Source of the DNA: Lama guanicoe
Lineage: Eukaryota
Direction of reading: 5' to 3'
Assembly: GCA_013239625.1 (NCBI GenBank)
Contig: MU056737.1
Location: 4,667,846-4,731,845 of the forward strand
DNA length: 64,000 nt
Shown here: positions 1 through 13,391 of the stretch, piece after piece
Numbering within the stretch: position 1 is the first letter of the stretch
Layout: each line of letters begins with the position of its first letter
Notes under the pieces: model-generated
Seen by the model: the letters and a program-made list of their open reading frames with translations, nothing else
Databases searched by the model: none
What the model was told of the DNA's origin: nothing
Made by a program: the position numbers and the translations under genes

Positions 1-3000
1 AGCTGCAGGTCTGGAGTTGCATCTGCACAGCAAAGCAGGGGGTTCAGTTACAGTGAATGTCCTACAGTAATAAAAATCACAAGGTTTTCTGGAGAAGTGC
101 AAGGGGCACTTGATGTGAGATGGCAGACCTCAACGTCCACACCAAAGGTGACATGACGGTGGAGAGGTTTTAGTTTGAGGGCCCCCTGGGCTCCCCTTGG
201 GTGCCAGCACGGCGACGCCGGTGTGTTTGTGGGGAGAATTTCACTCTTCAATTGTTCAAATGTATGAAAATCACAGAATCACAGTGATCTGGGGCAGGAC
301 GGGCTCCGAGGGCCCCAGTCTGACACCCCCATTTCCGATTTCTCAGGCGGTGCCGGGGGAGGGGCTTGTGGTTGGATCCCACATGAGCTTCTCCGGAGCT
401 CCCACTCGGCTGGGAGGAGCAAGAGGTCGCTGCCCTGCTTGGAGACGGAACCACGGCTTCCGTGGGGTCTTCATGTGGGGTCCACATGGGTCAGCAGCTT
501 CAGCCTCGAGGAGACACCATCACGTCACTGCAGGGCCACCAGGACCTGGCGTCCGAGCTGCCAGGAGCACCTCCATGACCCCGTCCTGCTGCACTCCACA
601 GGCCCTCCCATGCAGGCCACGCCCCCTGTCCCTGCAAGGTGACCACAGGCTGCCTTTCCCTCCTGCCCTGCGCCAGGCATGCTCTGCCTGGTCGCCGGCT
701 GTGCCTCCTTCCTGTTCTTTGGGAATTTGCTTGTCCTTGATCCTGGGGCCCTTGGGAGCCCCTGCCTTCTGCTGTCATGTAGCACAGGGGGCAGGGCCAT
801 AAGCGCGGCAGGTGCCCTCGCGCTGACGCCGGGAGCGGAGTTCCCGAGGGCAGTTTTGGGAATGGCTTGCTCCTTGAAGGCCCCTTGGAAGCCACAGGCA
901 GAGGGGCTGGCGGCTGATGTCAGAGGTGGATGGAGCTTGGCTCCAGCCCTGGTGTCCTCCCTTCCAGCCATTCGCTCTTTGGAAACTGACTGAAGCTCTC
1001 AGGACTCAGCTTCCCTGCTGTGACTGGGGCTGACAGAACCCACTTCATAGGTCAGCCTGGGATAAGGGGCACCGCATGTGAAGCCCCGGGCAGGGGCTGT
1101 TTCATTCCACCCTCTCTCCCCCTCCTCCCTGTGGGGCCTGGAGCAGAGGCCCCCACCCCGCCACTGAACCAGGCCCAAGGTGGAGCCTCTGGGTGTTTTT
1201 GAGCCAAGCTGTGCACCCCGACATCCTTCAGGCCCTGGGCCCCTATGACCAGCAGGACGGAGCCAGGTGAAGGGGGCCCAGGCCACAGCAGGGCCACGGG
1301 CACAGCTCACCCACACCGGGGGCCAGAGGTGCCTGTGGCACGGCCTGTGGGGAGGGGACCGTCAGGCGGTGCCTCAGGGCTATCCCGGGTTTCCTGGCCC
1401 CGTCCATGGCCACGCGAGCTTGCACCCCCATCTCAGAGCCCTGTCCCTCTGCCCCAGCCCCCACCTGCGGGGTCCAGGGCGGGTTCTGCAGGGGTCCTGG
1501 CCGCCCTGCCCGGCTCCTCAGCTGGCCCATAGGAGCTCGGTCACCAGGGGGACAAATTACAGGCCAGCGTGGCAGCGAGCTCTCTCCTCCCAAGAAGCCC
1601 GCCGGGTCAGCCCCGGTCCCTGCAGGACCACTGCTTCCGGACGCATGAAAGCAGCGCCTCCATCTGTCTGTGAGCGAGTGGACGGAGGCGCTGACCACAG
1701 CACTGACCCAGTGTCTTTGCCCTGTTGGGCTGGGACGTCGTTTCTTCACTGCCGACAGGAACACACAGCAGACTCGCACAAGGAGAGGTCAACCTGACTC
1801 ATTTTGTGCTTTTTATCGCGTTTTCTGCTCCAGAACAGCCCGGAGAGCCTGAAACACCCCGCCCGAGAAAGAGGGACCGGCTGTGGCTCCTGGGGCCGCC
1901 GCCGCCGCTGGCAGAACACCGGCGCGTTTCTTCCCAGCGGCTTTTCCAGCTGAAACCTCTTTGAAACAGCACAGGCAGAATTTAAATCACAAAGCCCTGA
2001 AGTTCCCTGCCTGTCATTGTCCTGCAAAAGCTCCGTGCCCACCGCCTCCCTGGAAGGGTTTCCAGCCCAGAGAAGCCAGTGTGTTCATCTGGGGTGTGCA
2101 GGACCCCAGGGCCTGGCCTCCCAGGCCAAGGGCAGGAGGGCGCGACCGCCAGGGAGGGGCAGGTTCTGTCTAAACATCCCAGGGTACTGTACCTGGAACT
2201 GGGGCTGAGAGCCTGTCCTCCCCTCCTCCATCCCTGGGCATCGACGCTGGGGTGCTGGTTCCTCCAACTTCCCAGAACCCCAACCAGCATCACAACCCTC
2301 CCTTACAGGTACCAACTCCCACTTCTCAAAAGAAGTGTGGTGGAGATCCCTGCGGGGGCTCTTGGACTGGAGGGGGGGAGCTCACCTGGTGCACGTCTGT
2401 CCGTCTGTCCAGGGGGACAGCCCACCCCACCCCCGGCTCCTCTGAGGAGCCCGTCCAACCTGCTGCCCCGTCTCCCGTGGCCTCTCAGGGAGAAGCCAGC
2501 ACACACACACAGCCCCTCTGGGCGGTGCGTGGGCAGCGAGGCCAGCCTGCCCGACTCCCCTGGTGTCACCACCACCGCTCCAGGGACCACCCGTCCCTTA
2601 GGAGTTGGTGACCGAGGGCAGGTCGACCGGGGGCCCCAGAGCCGCCCATCCCACCTCCCGGCTGCAGACGAGGGGCCGACGCGGTGCAGGAGCAGTGAGC
2701 GCACACGCTGCGGGCTGGGAAACACAGCCTCGGCTCAATCGCCGGGAATCGCAGGCCCGGCGGCCCTCTGTCTAAGTGGCACAAGGCTCCTCCCAGGACC
2801 GGTCAGAGCTGTAGTCACTGGGTTATCTCGTCTCTGAAGACCAGACAAAAGGGTCTTCAGCTTTTTTCTTTCCCAGCGAACTTTCCGGATGGCGATGTGT
2901 ACAGAGTACATTGTTTTCCTCCGTGCTAATGGCTCGCTCACTCCACCAGGATGACAGCCTTTCTTGGGGGCGTCTCGGGGCCCCAAAGAGACTGTCAACC

Positions 3001-6000
3001 AAGGCACGTTTCCACGCAGTCACAAACAAGGCTGCTGCGTCTACGAGAGACACACAGAGGATCCAGGGACCGGAGGCTCTGGGTCAGCCGGGAATTAGGT
3101 GCCAGACGCTTAGATGTGGAAGTCACGGCCCCTGTTACCAGGAGGGGCAGGGAAGGGGCAGGAGAACCTTGTTCTCAGAAAGTGACGCAGCTAGTCAGAG
3201 AGAGGAGACAACCGAACAGTGCGGGGCGGGAGGCAGTGACCGTCCCGAACCTGGTTCGGATACATGTATCCGTCAGCGTGGGGAGTGGGGCGTGAGCTGA
3301 AAAGCTTGGCTTAAACAGCACCCAAATCCCAGCAGCCCATGGTGTGTCGTTCAGGACTCCTGATGTGAACAAGCAAAACAAAGACCGTCCCATCCTTGAG
3401 TTTCCGTGCAATGTGCAGAGTCAGTGAAACCTTTGGTGGGAAGTGAAACGTGTGACCCTGACTCAGCAAATATGCAGGAACATGCACATCTCATGTTTTC
3501 ATGGTATTTCAAAGAACATCTCACTGCAGGCCTGCCGGTCAGCTGTAAGGCTGCTTCTCACGAAGGCCTCAGAGTTGGGACAACGTGGTGACCGTGAGGG
3601 GAAAAGCGGGCTTCATGCCAGCGCTGTCCAGCCTGGTTAGACCCGCTGGCTGAGAGATGGTGTCCCCGGGGCTGGGGCCGTGGGATGGTCCCCGCGGACC
3701 ACGCGCAGACTGTCAGACGGAAGTTGCTCCAAGGTTGAGACAGGAGGGGATGGCAGGGACAGGGCAGAGGTGTGTGGCGGGGCGAGCCCACCCGGGCCGG
3801 GCGGGCACGGCAGATGGGGCCTGGGGAGGGCCTCTGGCTGTGGGTCCTTGACTCCCGATCTTCTGAGACCCTGGGTTCACCACCCGAGGGCACATCTCTT
3901 AAGAGGACGGGCAAGGGTACCTGCATCTACGTCCCCATTAAACTGTGACAAAGTCAACGCTCAGCCCTCAGCCCACGGAAAACCCCAAGACTGGCATCCG
4001 ATCACTGGCTGGGACTCCGCAGCGACTCAGACAGCGACGCGGCCCCGGCCCCGCTCCCCGGCCTTGTTCCCCCTGGGAACGTAAGACATCTTGCGTGGTC
4101 TTCTGAGCATCCCTGGACCCACGAGCGTCTCTCGAACTTGACGGCTAAGGAAACGAGCCTCCTCCAAGAGCACTCGTGCCCCACACGTGGGCCCGCTCGG
4201 GGCCCTGCCCCCCGTCCCCGAGTTCACGCTCCGCTCTGAGCGCGACTGCCCTCTCCGACTCGCCTGTGTGCTCCAGGGCTGGGCTGTGGTCTCCCAGACG
4301 GGACTTCTCTTTGAAAGGGGAACCTGACACTGAGCACCGTCCCCAGGCTCTGCGGTCTCTGAACCATCGCCAGGGGCTGCTCCAGAGCTCCTCCATAGGC
4401 ACCTCACTTCCCGTGGGACCAGCGGCCAGGCGTCTCCGGAAGACGCAGGTGTGCACACCTGTGATGAGCCCCCGGGACCTCGGCCGTGTCTGCCGTCTCT
4501 GACCCTCCTTCTTCCTGACAGAGAAGGAAACTTGACTCGCGCCCCTTCTCCGGGCGCGACGCCCACGGCCTCAGGCGGTGGCCTCTGCTCACCTCTTTCC
4601 TGCTCCAATCGCAACTTTAAAAGCTTCTGGGCTCTTTTCACAAGTCTCACGTCAACCTGGGCTTCAGCTTGTGCGGGTGCGGTGGGGGGGGGGCTCCCGC
4701 TGCCCTGCTCACACCGCCCCGCCCCCTCCGAGGGCCCTGGGCCGGGCTCCGGCGCGTCTCTGTGTCTTTGTAAGGTGCAGAAAGAGAAGTAGAGCCTGGG
4801 CTTTTTCATGAGAGGCCGCCAGGGGCTGTCTCCCCCTTCCTGCAGCACAGGGCGCCTGCCCGTCCCCCACCCCTCCCCTGAGGGGTCCATCCGACGGCCC
4901 CGCTTAAGGCCACAGAGCAGGAGGCGGCAGGACCCAGGAGGTGCGGCGCAGAGGCTGGTGCTGCCCTCGGGGCGGGCTGCCGGGTGACAGGCCGGGACGG
5001 AGGCGCTGCCGCATGGCCTGCGGGGCACTCGGGGCCACTGGACTGTGTGACAGGAAGGTTCTGTTCCAGCAGCTGCCCTGGCCTGACCTCTGGCCCCTCA
5101 GAGCACGGCCACGGGGCTGCACGGACCAGGCTGTCCGGCTTGTCCTCACGTACGTTTTCTACTCGCCCATGTCTGTCTCTGGGTCCCCCCTTCCTCATCC
5201 GCACCGGGCCCGCCGTAGTCTCACCCGAGGAGGGTACCCTACGGCTTCAGGGCTGCCTCGACCCCCAGACCCGAGCGCTGGGCTGTGCCCCTGTCTTCCG
5301 GGACCCCAGGTCTGGCCTCCTACCTCGGAAACAAGAATTACCTCGTTTCCTGGAATGGGAACTGCTTCCGAGACAAGCCTGTGATCTGTCACCTCTAGGA
5401 GATGCCAAAGTGCCTTCTCCACTTGTCTTCGGGCCTAAGTGTCCTGTCACCAGGCTGGCCTTCCTGTCCACACCACGGACAGAGCTGCTGCTGCTCCTGA
5501 CCGCGTAGTCCTGGCCGTGTCTCACGCACATGCACATGACACGTGTGCACACGCAGACGCAGGCACACGCGCTCAGCGCGTCCTGTTCGAGGCCCTTGCC
5601 CGCTCCCCTCTCCCTGCCGAGGTTATTCCCTCCTCCCCCTAATCACAAGCACATCTCTCATCTTAGTGATGCTGATGAGGGAGAGACTCACACGCTGTAA
5701 TTAGAACTTCGTGTTCATCTTACTCATCACCTCTTTTCTGCCCGTTGATACGAGGCAACCGGAGGCTGCAGTGTGGCAGGCCCTCTCTGCTTGGTGCTCT
5801 GGAGGCCGCTCCGTCCAGGCAGCCGACAGCGGGGCTGTGGGTGCTCGGGCTCCACACCCGACACGTGCCAACACCTTCACATCTTGCTCCCGGCCTGTGA
5901 GCTGAGCACTGCCGTCCCTGCTCACTGAGCGGGGCGGCCGAGGCCACAGGAGGAGGAGGTGGCCGAAGGGCTGGCGGCCACCACACAAAAGCCAGGACAG

Positions 6001-9000
6001 GGCTGGGAGCAGCCTCTGACCTGCGCTGTCACCACGCAGGGGTGCCCTCCCTCCACAGGCTGCGAGGCTGGCAGTGTCCACACACCCGCTGACCACCCCT
6101 GCCTGGCAGCATCCCGGCCCACCCAACGAAGAGGGAGGGTGCGGCCCTGCCTCTAGGGGTCAGATCTGACCTCGCCCGAGCTCAGACTCACATTGGCGAC
6201 CCGTGTGTGAGCCCCGCCTGAGGTCCAGCCCGGTTTGGAACCGTGTGGAGGAAGGACACGGCGTTGGGTCTTGGCCTGAGACTTAACTCGGATGGGTTGC
6301 ACTCAGGGGCACTTGCGTCCGCTCCCCCTGGTCGGGAGGGCGGGGCCCGAGGCCGGACGGGGGACCGCTGGGCACAGGCTCGTCAGAGCAGAGGGAGAGG
6401 CCGGCCTTGCGAGGGCGCTGGAGCCTGGGCGGCGTCCGCTGGCCTCAGGGTCTTCCTCCTCTGACTTGCGGGTCCCTTGGCCGACTGCCCCGCACCTGCC
6501 CACTCCCTCCCAGCCCCCGGCCAGGCTGGTAAACGGCGTCCCAGCCCCACGGCTCCTGCCGCCACCTCCTGTTTCCCACGCTCCGTCCCTGTGGCTGAAC
6601 CGCAGTCCTCTTTCGACATCGTAATGTGAACCACGTCCCGCTCCGGGCTGACCACCTCGCTGGCTCTCGTCCAGCTGGGGCAGAGCCCACAGTCCTTCAG
6701 CACGTGGCAGGCCTCCTGGTCCTCGGCTGCGCCTGATAGGACGCGACGGGGTCTCGGCACTTCCCGTCCCGGCTCTGGTCCGGGCTTCTCACCGCCCTGG
6801 TCCGCACGGGCCTCCCGCTGCAGGTGGCCAACGTCGAGTCACTGCGGTGTTTTCTTCCCACTGCTTGTTTTCTGAATAATGAGCGTCTTCTTGTTTACAA
6901 AGGACGCTCCGCAGCCAGCGTGCTCTCCCAGGCGTGGTTCCCATCCCCGGGCCCTTCGACGGTGTCGGGGTCCTTCCGGGGGTGCCCAGTGCAGACGCTC
7001 GGGGAAGCAGGCTGGTCTTCCCCACCTCACCTTGTGCATTTAAAACTTAGCCGATACCTCGTTAAAGAGAGGAGTTAAAAAAACTTTAAAATCTGAGTAA
7101 CCCCTTCACAGCCTGCCCTCAGGGCGGTGACACCAGGCGTTCTGCACGCCGGATCTGACCCCGTGAGGGGCAGGCGCCACTCCAGACCGGAAGCTGACCT
7201 CTAGCCGGGGCATAACCGCTCGCGCCCGGGGCCCCGGACGACAGACTACAGCTTCTCCCGTCCGGAGCGACGGCAGCAAAGCAGGACAAATGCCACACTT
7301 ACTGAGACTGTCTCCTCGTTTCCAGAAGGTTCTGTGGCGATTCACTCGCCCGGCCCTCGATGACGCGAGGGGACGTCACGTGGGTCACTCCTGAATCCAT
7401 CCCCGGGGTGAGCGGAGACACGGAGCTTCAAATGCCAGGCTCCACGTGGAAACAGCACAGACCCCCGTTTCTGCCCCACTGGGCGGAGAAACCCGGGGGT
7501 GACAGGGTGCAGTGGAAACACATACTTCCAGCCTGCTTGAAAGCACACGTTATCGTGGAAGCAGACGGGCCCACACATGATCGAGAGGTGCACAGACCCT
7601 TCCTCACTCTGGGGCAGAGCTGGGGGGCCTGGTGTCATCCAGAGGAGAAGCCGCCGGAGGACATCCCTGTTTCCGCTGGAGGAGAACCTGCTCCAGTCCT
7701 TCACCCGTTTTAAAGTCAGACCACACGTTCGCTGCTGTCGTCACTGAGCTGCGGGAGCTCCTCACACACGTGGGCCGCATGTCCCCCGCGCGGCGGCTGC
7801 CCTCTCGCTCCGGCGCCCGTTCCCCTCGCGGGCGGGCGGCTCCGCAGCGCGACGTGGCCCCACTTGCCTGCTGTTGCTCCTGTTACCTGAGCTTCTGGTG
7901 TCACGTCCAGGGACGCTGTCAAACCAGGTGTCACGGAGCTCTTGTCTGCTCTCTCCCGGGAGGTTCACCGTCTGAGGTCTGATGTTTGATCCTCCACCCG
8001 CCGTGAGCTGACTTCTGCGCATGGCGCAAGACGAGGCGCACGTGGACGCCCAGCCCCCCAGCACCCAGCGAAGGCCCTGTCCTTCCCCCCCGGGGTTCTT
8101 GGTGCCCTTGTCGCAGGGCCCAGTTGACCACACACTCGCGGGCTTATTCCTGGGCTGTCCATTCTGTTCCACTGACCTCCGAGCATGCCCTCACGCCAGT
8201 GCCGCGCCACTTCCACCCCTGGAGCTCGTCGCGTAGCCTGAGGTCAGGAGCGGTGTGTGACCTCTAAGTGGCGTTCTGGGACATGCCACCAGCCCCTTCT
8301 GGTGTAACTTCTTCATTGCCAGCGCACACTTTCCTTCCACAGTGAAATAATAAATGGTTTCTAAAAGCCCCTTGAGAGGAGCAATTGAAATCATTCGATA
8401 TAAACGTGCAGTGAGGGTAATCCTGACGTAGCCATCAGCTACCTGGAGTTGAAATAAGAGACCTCGTTGTGGGAAACATAGAAATCGCACAGTCCTAGGT
8501 TCCCTAGGAAGCAGGCTCCAGCCTTGGTCTCCAAATAGTATATAAACCGTTGTCACGTACAGACTGGCCCGGCAGGGGACGCTGCCACGATGTCACAGTC
8601 TGGTCACGTCCAACCACAATGGTCAGAAAAGACCAAAAGGTTCACAAGACAAGTTGACGAGGCTGGGAATTGCTCCCAGAGACAGCTGTAAGTCGCCGGC
8701 TAAGCAGTTCTGGACGAGACCATGACACGTGTGCGTGGACACACACACGTGTGCACACACCTCCCTCTGCCTCCCCTCTGGCCCTCTCGCCCTGCTGGGA
8801 GGCCAGCAGGTGACAGAAGAGACCGACAGCCCATCACCCAGCCCGAGCCTGGAGCCCTGACTCCCCGTGGTGGCGATTTTTGCAGAGAGCTCTGCATCAT
8901 CTCCTGCCCCGCACCCCGACCCGCCTGTGCCACGGGCAGCTCCAGGCCGGGCCTCGTCCAGGGCGGACTCGCTCCCTCCCTGCTCTTGCTGCTGTGACTC

Positions 9001-10154
9001 ACGCTCTCTGCCCCCACATTGGCTCCCACTGTCCTGGGCTGTCAGAGTGACCGGGGGTCCCGTTGGCCGAATAATCCCAGCACGGGGGGTGGGGGCACAT
9101 GGGGCGCTGAACTCCCAAGAGCAAGGTGTTCCCTTCCAGCTCCTGGAAACAACCGCAAACCCACAGGACACAGCCAGGGGCCTCGCCAACACCCTCACGT
9201 ATGTCTTCCACTAAAACTGAAAATCGCAAAATTCCTGTGAGAATGAAGGACCCTCTCCCGCTCTAACAGTGACGACTAATTTCCCTCCCACGGTGCCTTC
9301 TATGCTCTGCGGGTGGAAGGTCCCTTTCAGGCCTCGTCGTTTTCTTAAGAAGATAAGAAAGAAAAAATACACGTAACATCGACAATGCAAGGTTCGAGGA
9401 GGAGGAGGAGGCTGCCGGCTCCTCAGGAGCGGAAGGTGGCTTATTCTCCACATCCTAGTTAAAAGTTCAAAGCACATTTTTCTTACAAATTAGGCGAGGG
9501 TAAAATTCAGGGAGATGGGAAGAGAAGAAATAAGACATTAAAACACGCAAAGAATTTCAACGGGCAGCAGGGAGGAAAACTAGACGCGTGGAGCACACAA
9601 CAGACACACCGTGCTTGGCGTTTAAGGGGCACTGAAACCGCCGCTGGTGTTGGGGACGGTCCCCTGGCCTCGTCCGTCCACCAGTGGGAGGGGCAGGGCA
9701 GGACTGGGCTAACACTGAAGGGAGAGGAAGATCTTAATAGCTCAGCAACGTAACTGCAGGACAAGGACCGTATTTCGCAGAGCGGGACAGAAGTGACTCA
9801 GCAGGGAAGGAAGCAGCAGCAGTGAGAGGCCCTGGGTGGGCCCCCCGCAGGCGCCACACACCCAGGCCGGGGGCCGCGCTCTGGTCCAGAGGGCAGGCAC
9901 CCAGGGGCGCCCGGCAGTTCTGTCCTGGTCTGCCGTCCAGGAGGACATGGTGGGCGCCAGAGCCCCAGGGACCCCAAGGCTCCCAGACAGTGAGCTCGCC
10001 GGCCTGGTGGGAGCGGAGGTCCCAGCACACAATCCAGGTGATGGCAGGGCCCACGTGGTCTAGAGCAGGTCTTTGCTGCTGTCCTGGTGCACATGGACGA
10101 CCCCCGGGACCCTGCGTGTGGAGGAGCCCACACTGGAGCACAGAAGCATACAGG

Positions 10155-10412
10155 ATGTGTGCGTGTACATGCGTGCTGTGTGTGCACATGTGCGCACACA
10201 TGCGTGTATATGCATACGTGTACAAATGTGTATATGTACGTAGTGTATATGCACACGCGTGCATGTGTCTGTGCACGTGTATCTGCACACGTGTGTATGT
10301 ATATATATGCACGTGGGTCCACACGTATCTGTATGTGTGTATGTCTGTGTACTTGCATATACTTGCATGTGTGTACAAATGCACATGTGTGTATATATGC
10401 ACACGTGTGCGC
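10155..10412. repeat. Degenerate alternating purine-pyrimidine (TG/TA/CA/CG) microsatellite tract
   Basis: About 260 bp of gtgtgcgtgtacatgc...gtgtatatatgcacacgtgtgc. It generates the HTHT/VCVC ORFs at 9734-10647. Confidence 0.9.
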
Positions 10413-10424
10413 TCCCCTCTCTTT

Positions 10425-10816
10425 CCTGGAACCCCTGGTCTTTAGCTGGACACACAGCGACCCCCACGGCAAGCTCAGTGACTCCCGTGACGGGGAATGT
10501 CACAGGTTGCCTCCAGGCAATGTCTCGTGGTGTGTGCTTCTTCCCCTCTCCACCCTCACTGCTGCTGGAATGTGAGTTGACGGTGGGAGCTCTGGCAGCC
10601 ACCTTGGACCACGAAGAGGAAGTCCCGTAAGGCGGGTGTGACAGCAACAGGAGGGAAGGTGCTCGGTGACCTCAGAAGGCTGCCCGGTTCTTGTTCTTGG
10701 ATCATCTGCCTCTGGACTTTTTCTTCTTCAAGAAATGAAAATAAATTTCCAGTTGTTCAAGCCGCTACTATTTTGGATTTCTGTCACAGACAGTCACACT
10801 AATCCTGACTAATACA
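10425..10816 (+). mobile_element. ERVL-MaLR solo LTR, old MLT1 (MLT1I/J-like)
   Basis: Contains gcagccaccttggaccacga, ctctggactttt, AATAAA near 10740, ttcaagccgctactattttggatttctgt and the terminal ctaatcctgactaataCA typical of MLT1. Confidence 0.75.
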
Positions 10817-13391
10817 CACGTGTTTGCCAGTAAATGGATTATCCTCTCAAATATGTCAGGACGCCAAGTCGATCTCCGAGTCGCACCTCTGAGCCGGGAA
10901 GGCTGGCACATCAGGACTGTGACTGTGAGGCAAGCGCGCCACCGGGAAGGGGGGGTCCCCACATGCACCGTGTCTTCACGAGGCAGGCAGCGGCCAGCCG
11001 GCCCCTCTGGGAGCCTGAGCCCCCGCCGCAGCCCTCCCGCCTCTCCTGCCCCCGGTGGCATTTCAGGGGCCTGCGGGCTCTGAGCACAGAAAGCAGCTTC
11101 CGGGAAAAGCTCGCGGACGCCCCCACCAGGCGCGACACCAGGCACATGGCGGCCCTCTGTGAACTCGGCCAGTTTCTCCAGAGGGTCTCAGCGTCCCTTG
11201 TTTTCCATTCTGTGCCTGCCCTCCTCCGCGTCAGCGGGTGGGCATGGTTCGCCCTTCGGGGACAAGGACACCCAGGCGGTGATGAAACCACCACAGCATG
11301 TACGTGCACACGTGTCCCACACCAGGCTCCCCAGTTTTCCGATGGGCCCCTGAAGGGAGGGGGCCGGCGGAGGTGGGGAGGGGCATCCTGACAGCGGCCG
11401 GGCAGGGACCCAGTGTCCCGGGGAGGGCAGGGCAGCCGCCGGAGACGATGGGGCCATGGAGTCAGCCGAAGCCGGTTTGCAGGGAGCCAGGCAGCCCGAC
11501 GCCCTGCAGAGGGGCACTGCCTCTGCTCAAGCACACGTGCTACCCCCAGGGGCTCTGCGCACGGGACCACATGGCGTGTTTTAAGACGTGACGTGTCTCC
11601 AGCGATGCCACCAACAGGGGCCTCCCACCAGGGAGGGCCTGCTCTTTGGTTCAGTCTTTGGGCTTCAGGGGGGCCTGTCCGAGCACCAGGCAGGCTGGGA
11701 GTCTGTGCACGTAAATACCCTCCAGACCCAACCCGATACCTGTGCAAACGTCTCTAAAACACCCCTGCCGCAGCAGCATTCGAGGATTCTGTGGTCGTCT
11801 GGAGAGACGGGCGCCCTTCGTGGAGGAAGGCGGGAGCCTGGGCTCCTGGCCATCTGGGGGCAGCTCCCCAGGAGCGAGCCAAGGCTGTGATGAGGCATCG
11901 GGCCACGTGCTCACCTAGAGGTCCGGCTGTCCAGGGAGCACCACTGTGTCGGCATCTTCAGGAACGGGCTGTGCTCCCTGAGCCGGGCACTGGGCATCAG
12001 ACGCCGGAGGGACGAGGGCGATCGGGAACAGCTTTCCCAAGAACCCCACCCCGACGCGCTGGATCCGGGCCCTGGGGTCTGGGCCCCCGGCTTGCTCGCT
12101 CTGACACTGCAGTTTGGGATCGCCGTGCTCTCAGGATCACTTCAGAGGATCAGTGACTTCTGTGAACTGCCCTTTTTGATTTTGTTTTTCCCAAAAAAGT
12201 TAAACTAAAGAAAACGCCCCTTGTGTTTTGAGCCAGGGGTACAGGCAGTGGCCCCATGGGTGGGCGCGCAGACCCCACCCCACAGCAGCTCTGGGTGGTT
12301 CCGGGGGGGGAGCGTTGCCAGCGTGAGGCCCGCCCACGGGGCGATCCAGGAGCGGCAGCTCTGGGCCCGGGACCAGAGGCGGTCGGCACAGGCCTCAGCT
12401 GACCCAGGGCGTGGGGGCCCCGCACTTGCGACCTGGCCCGACTGCCAGGCTCTGTGATCTACGACCCTCCCAGGCTGTCCGGGTCCCCAGCTGAGAGCAC
12501 CTGGTCTGGGGGTCAGCGTCCTCAGAACCAAGCCCCAGCTGCTCATGGTTTTCCAGAGACCCGACTGCTTCCCTCATCGCAGGGGTCCGTGCTACCCCCT
12601 GCCCTCCGTCGGGACGCAGCGGGGCCTGGGTGGCACTGAGTGGGGCAGGAAGCCGCTGCTGCCCCACTGCCCATGAGAGCCCCCTGTCCCGCACAGCGGA
12701 GCGATCTGCCCATCTGCACACGGAGTCCAGGTACAGCCCGCGATGCTGACCTTACACAGAGCAACACGTCTGCAAAACTAACTTGCGAAGCGCATGCCTT
12801 TCATTTCCCTCGAACAAAACGTACAACACGTTAAAGCCTGGTCACTCCCCGTGGCCTTTTCTGGAGGAGTGGACACAGGGCTGCAAGGAAAGGGGTGCAG
12901 GGCTCGGGGGGACACCCCACTCAGAGGGCCCAGGAACCCACTTGGCGTGACGTGAGCAACCCCAGGGGCAGGACGTGCTGGGAAGAAAGTCTGGGAGAGC
13001 CTCACAGAGACCACCTGGGCTGGCGACCAGGTCACCCTGACGGCCACTCTGTGGTGAGGAAGAGTCTAGGAGCTGGTTCGTGCCCCTGGGCCATTTCCCG
13101 CCCCCCTCATTTCTTCTCCTTTCTGCTCCCGTTTCAGGGTAAGATGTGTGACCATATGAGGCCCTTTCTCGTGCATTATTCAAAGAGGAAAAGTGGAAGG
13201 CCGCCACCAGGAAGGTAGAGCCAGACCAGCTGACGCTCCCAGCCGGGTGCCCGGCACAAAGCTCGCTGAGGAAGGCCGGACGCCCTCCCTCCTTGGATGA
13301 GTTTTCCTCAGTTCAGGTGAGGGCGGGACCCAGCCTGACCGTCGGGGGTTACAAGAAAACAGGACGTCACCATCACGTCTCACAGCCAGAG

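Noticed and set aside
7031-7750. Exon-like minus-strand segments (VWSDFKTGEGLEQVLL..., PQNLLETRRQS, YRLSFKCT) with GTRAG donors
   Set aside because: The acceptors are weak or non-canonical and the peptides resemble no protein I know. Once the host was identified as PTPRN2, chance was the simpler explanation.
9734-10647. His/Thr- and Cys/Val-rich ORFs resembling metal-binding proteins
   Set aside because: They are translations of the RY microsatellite.
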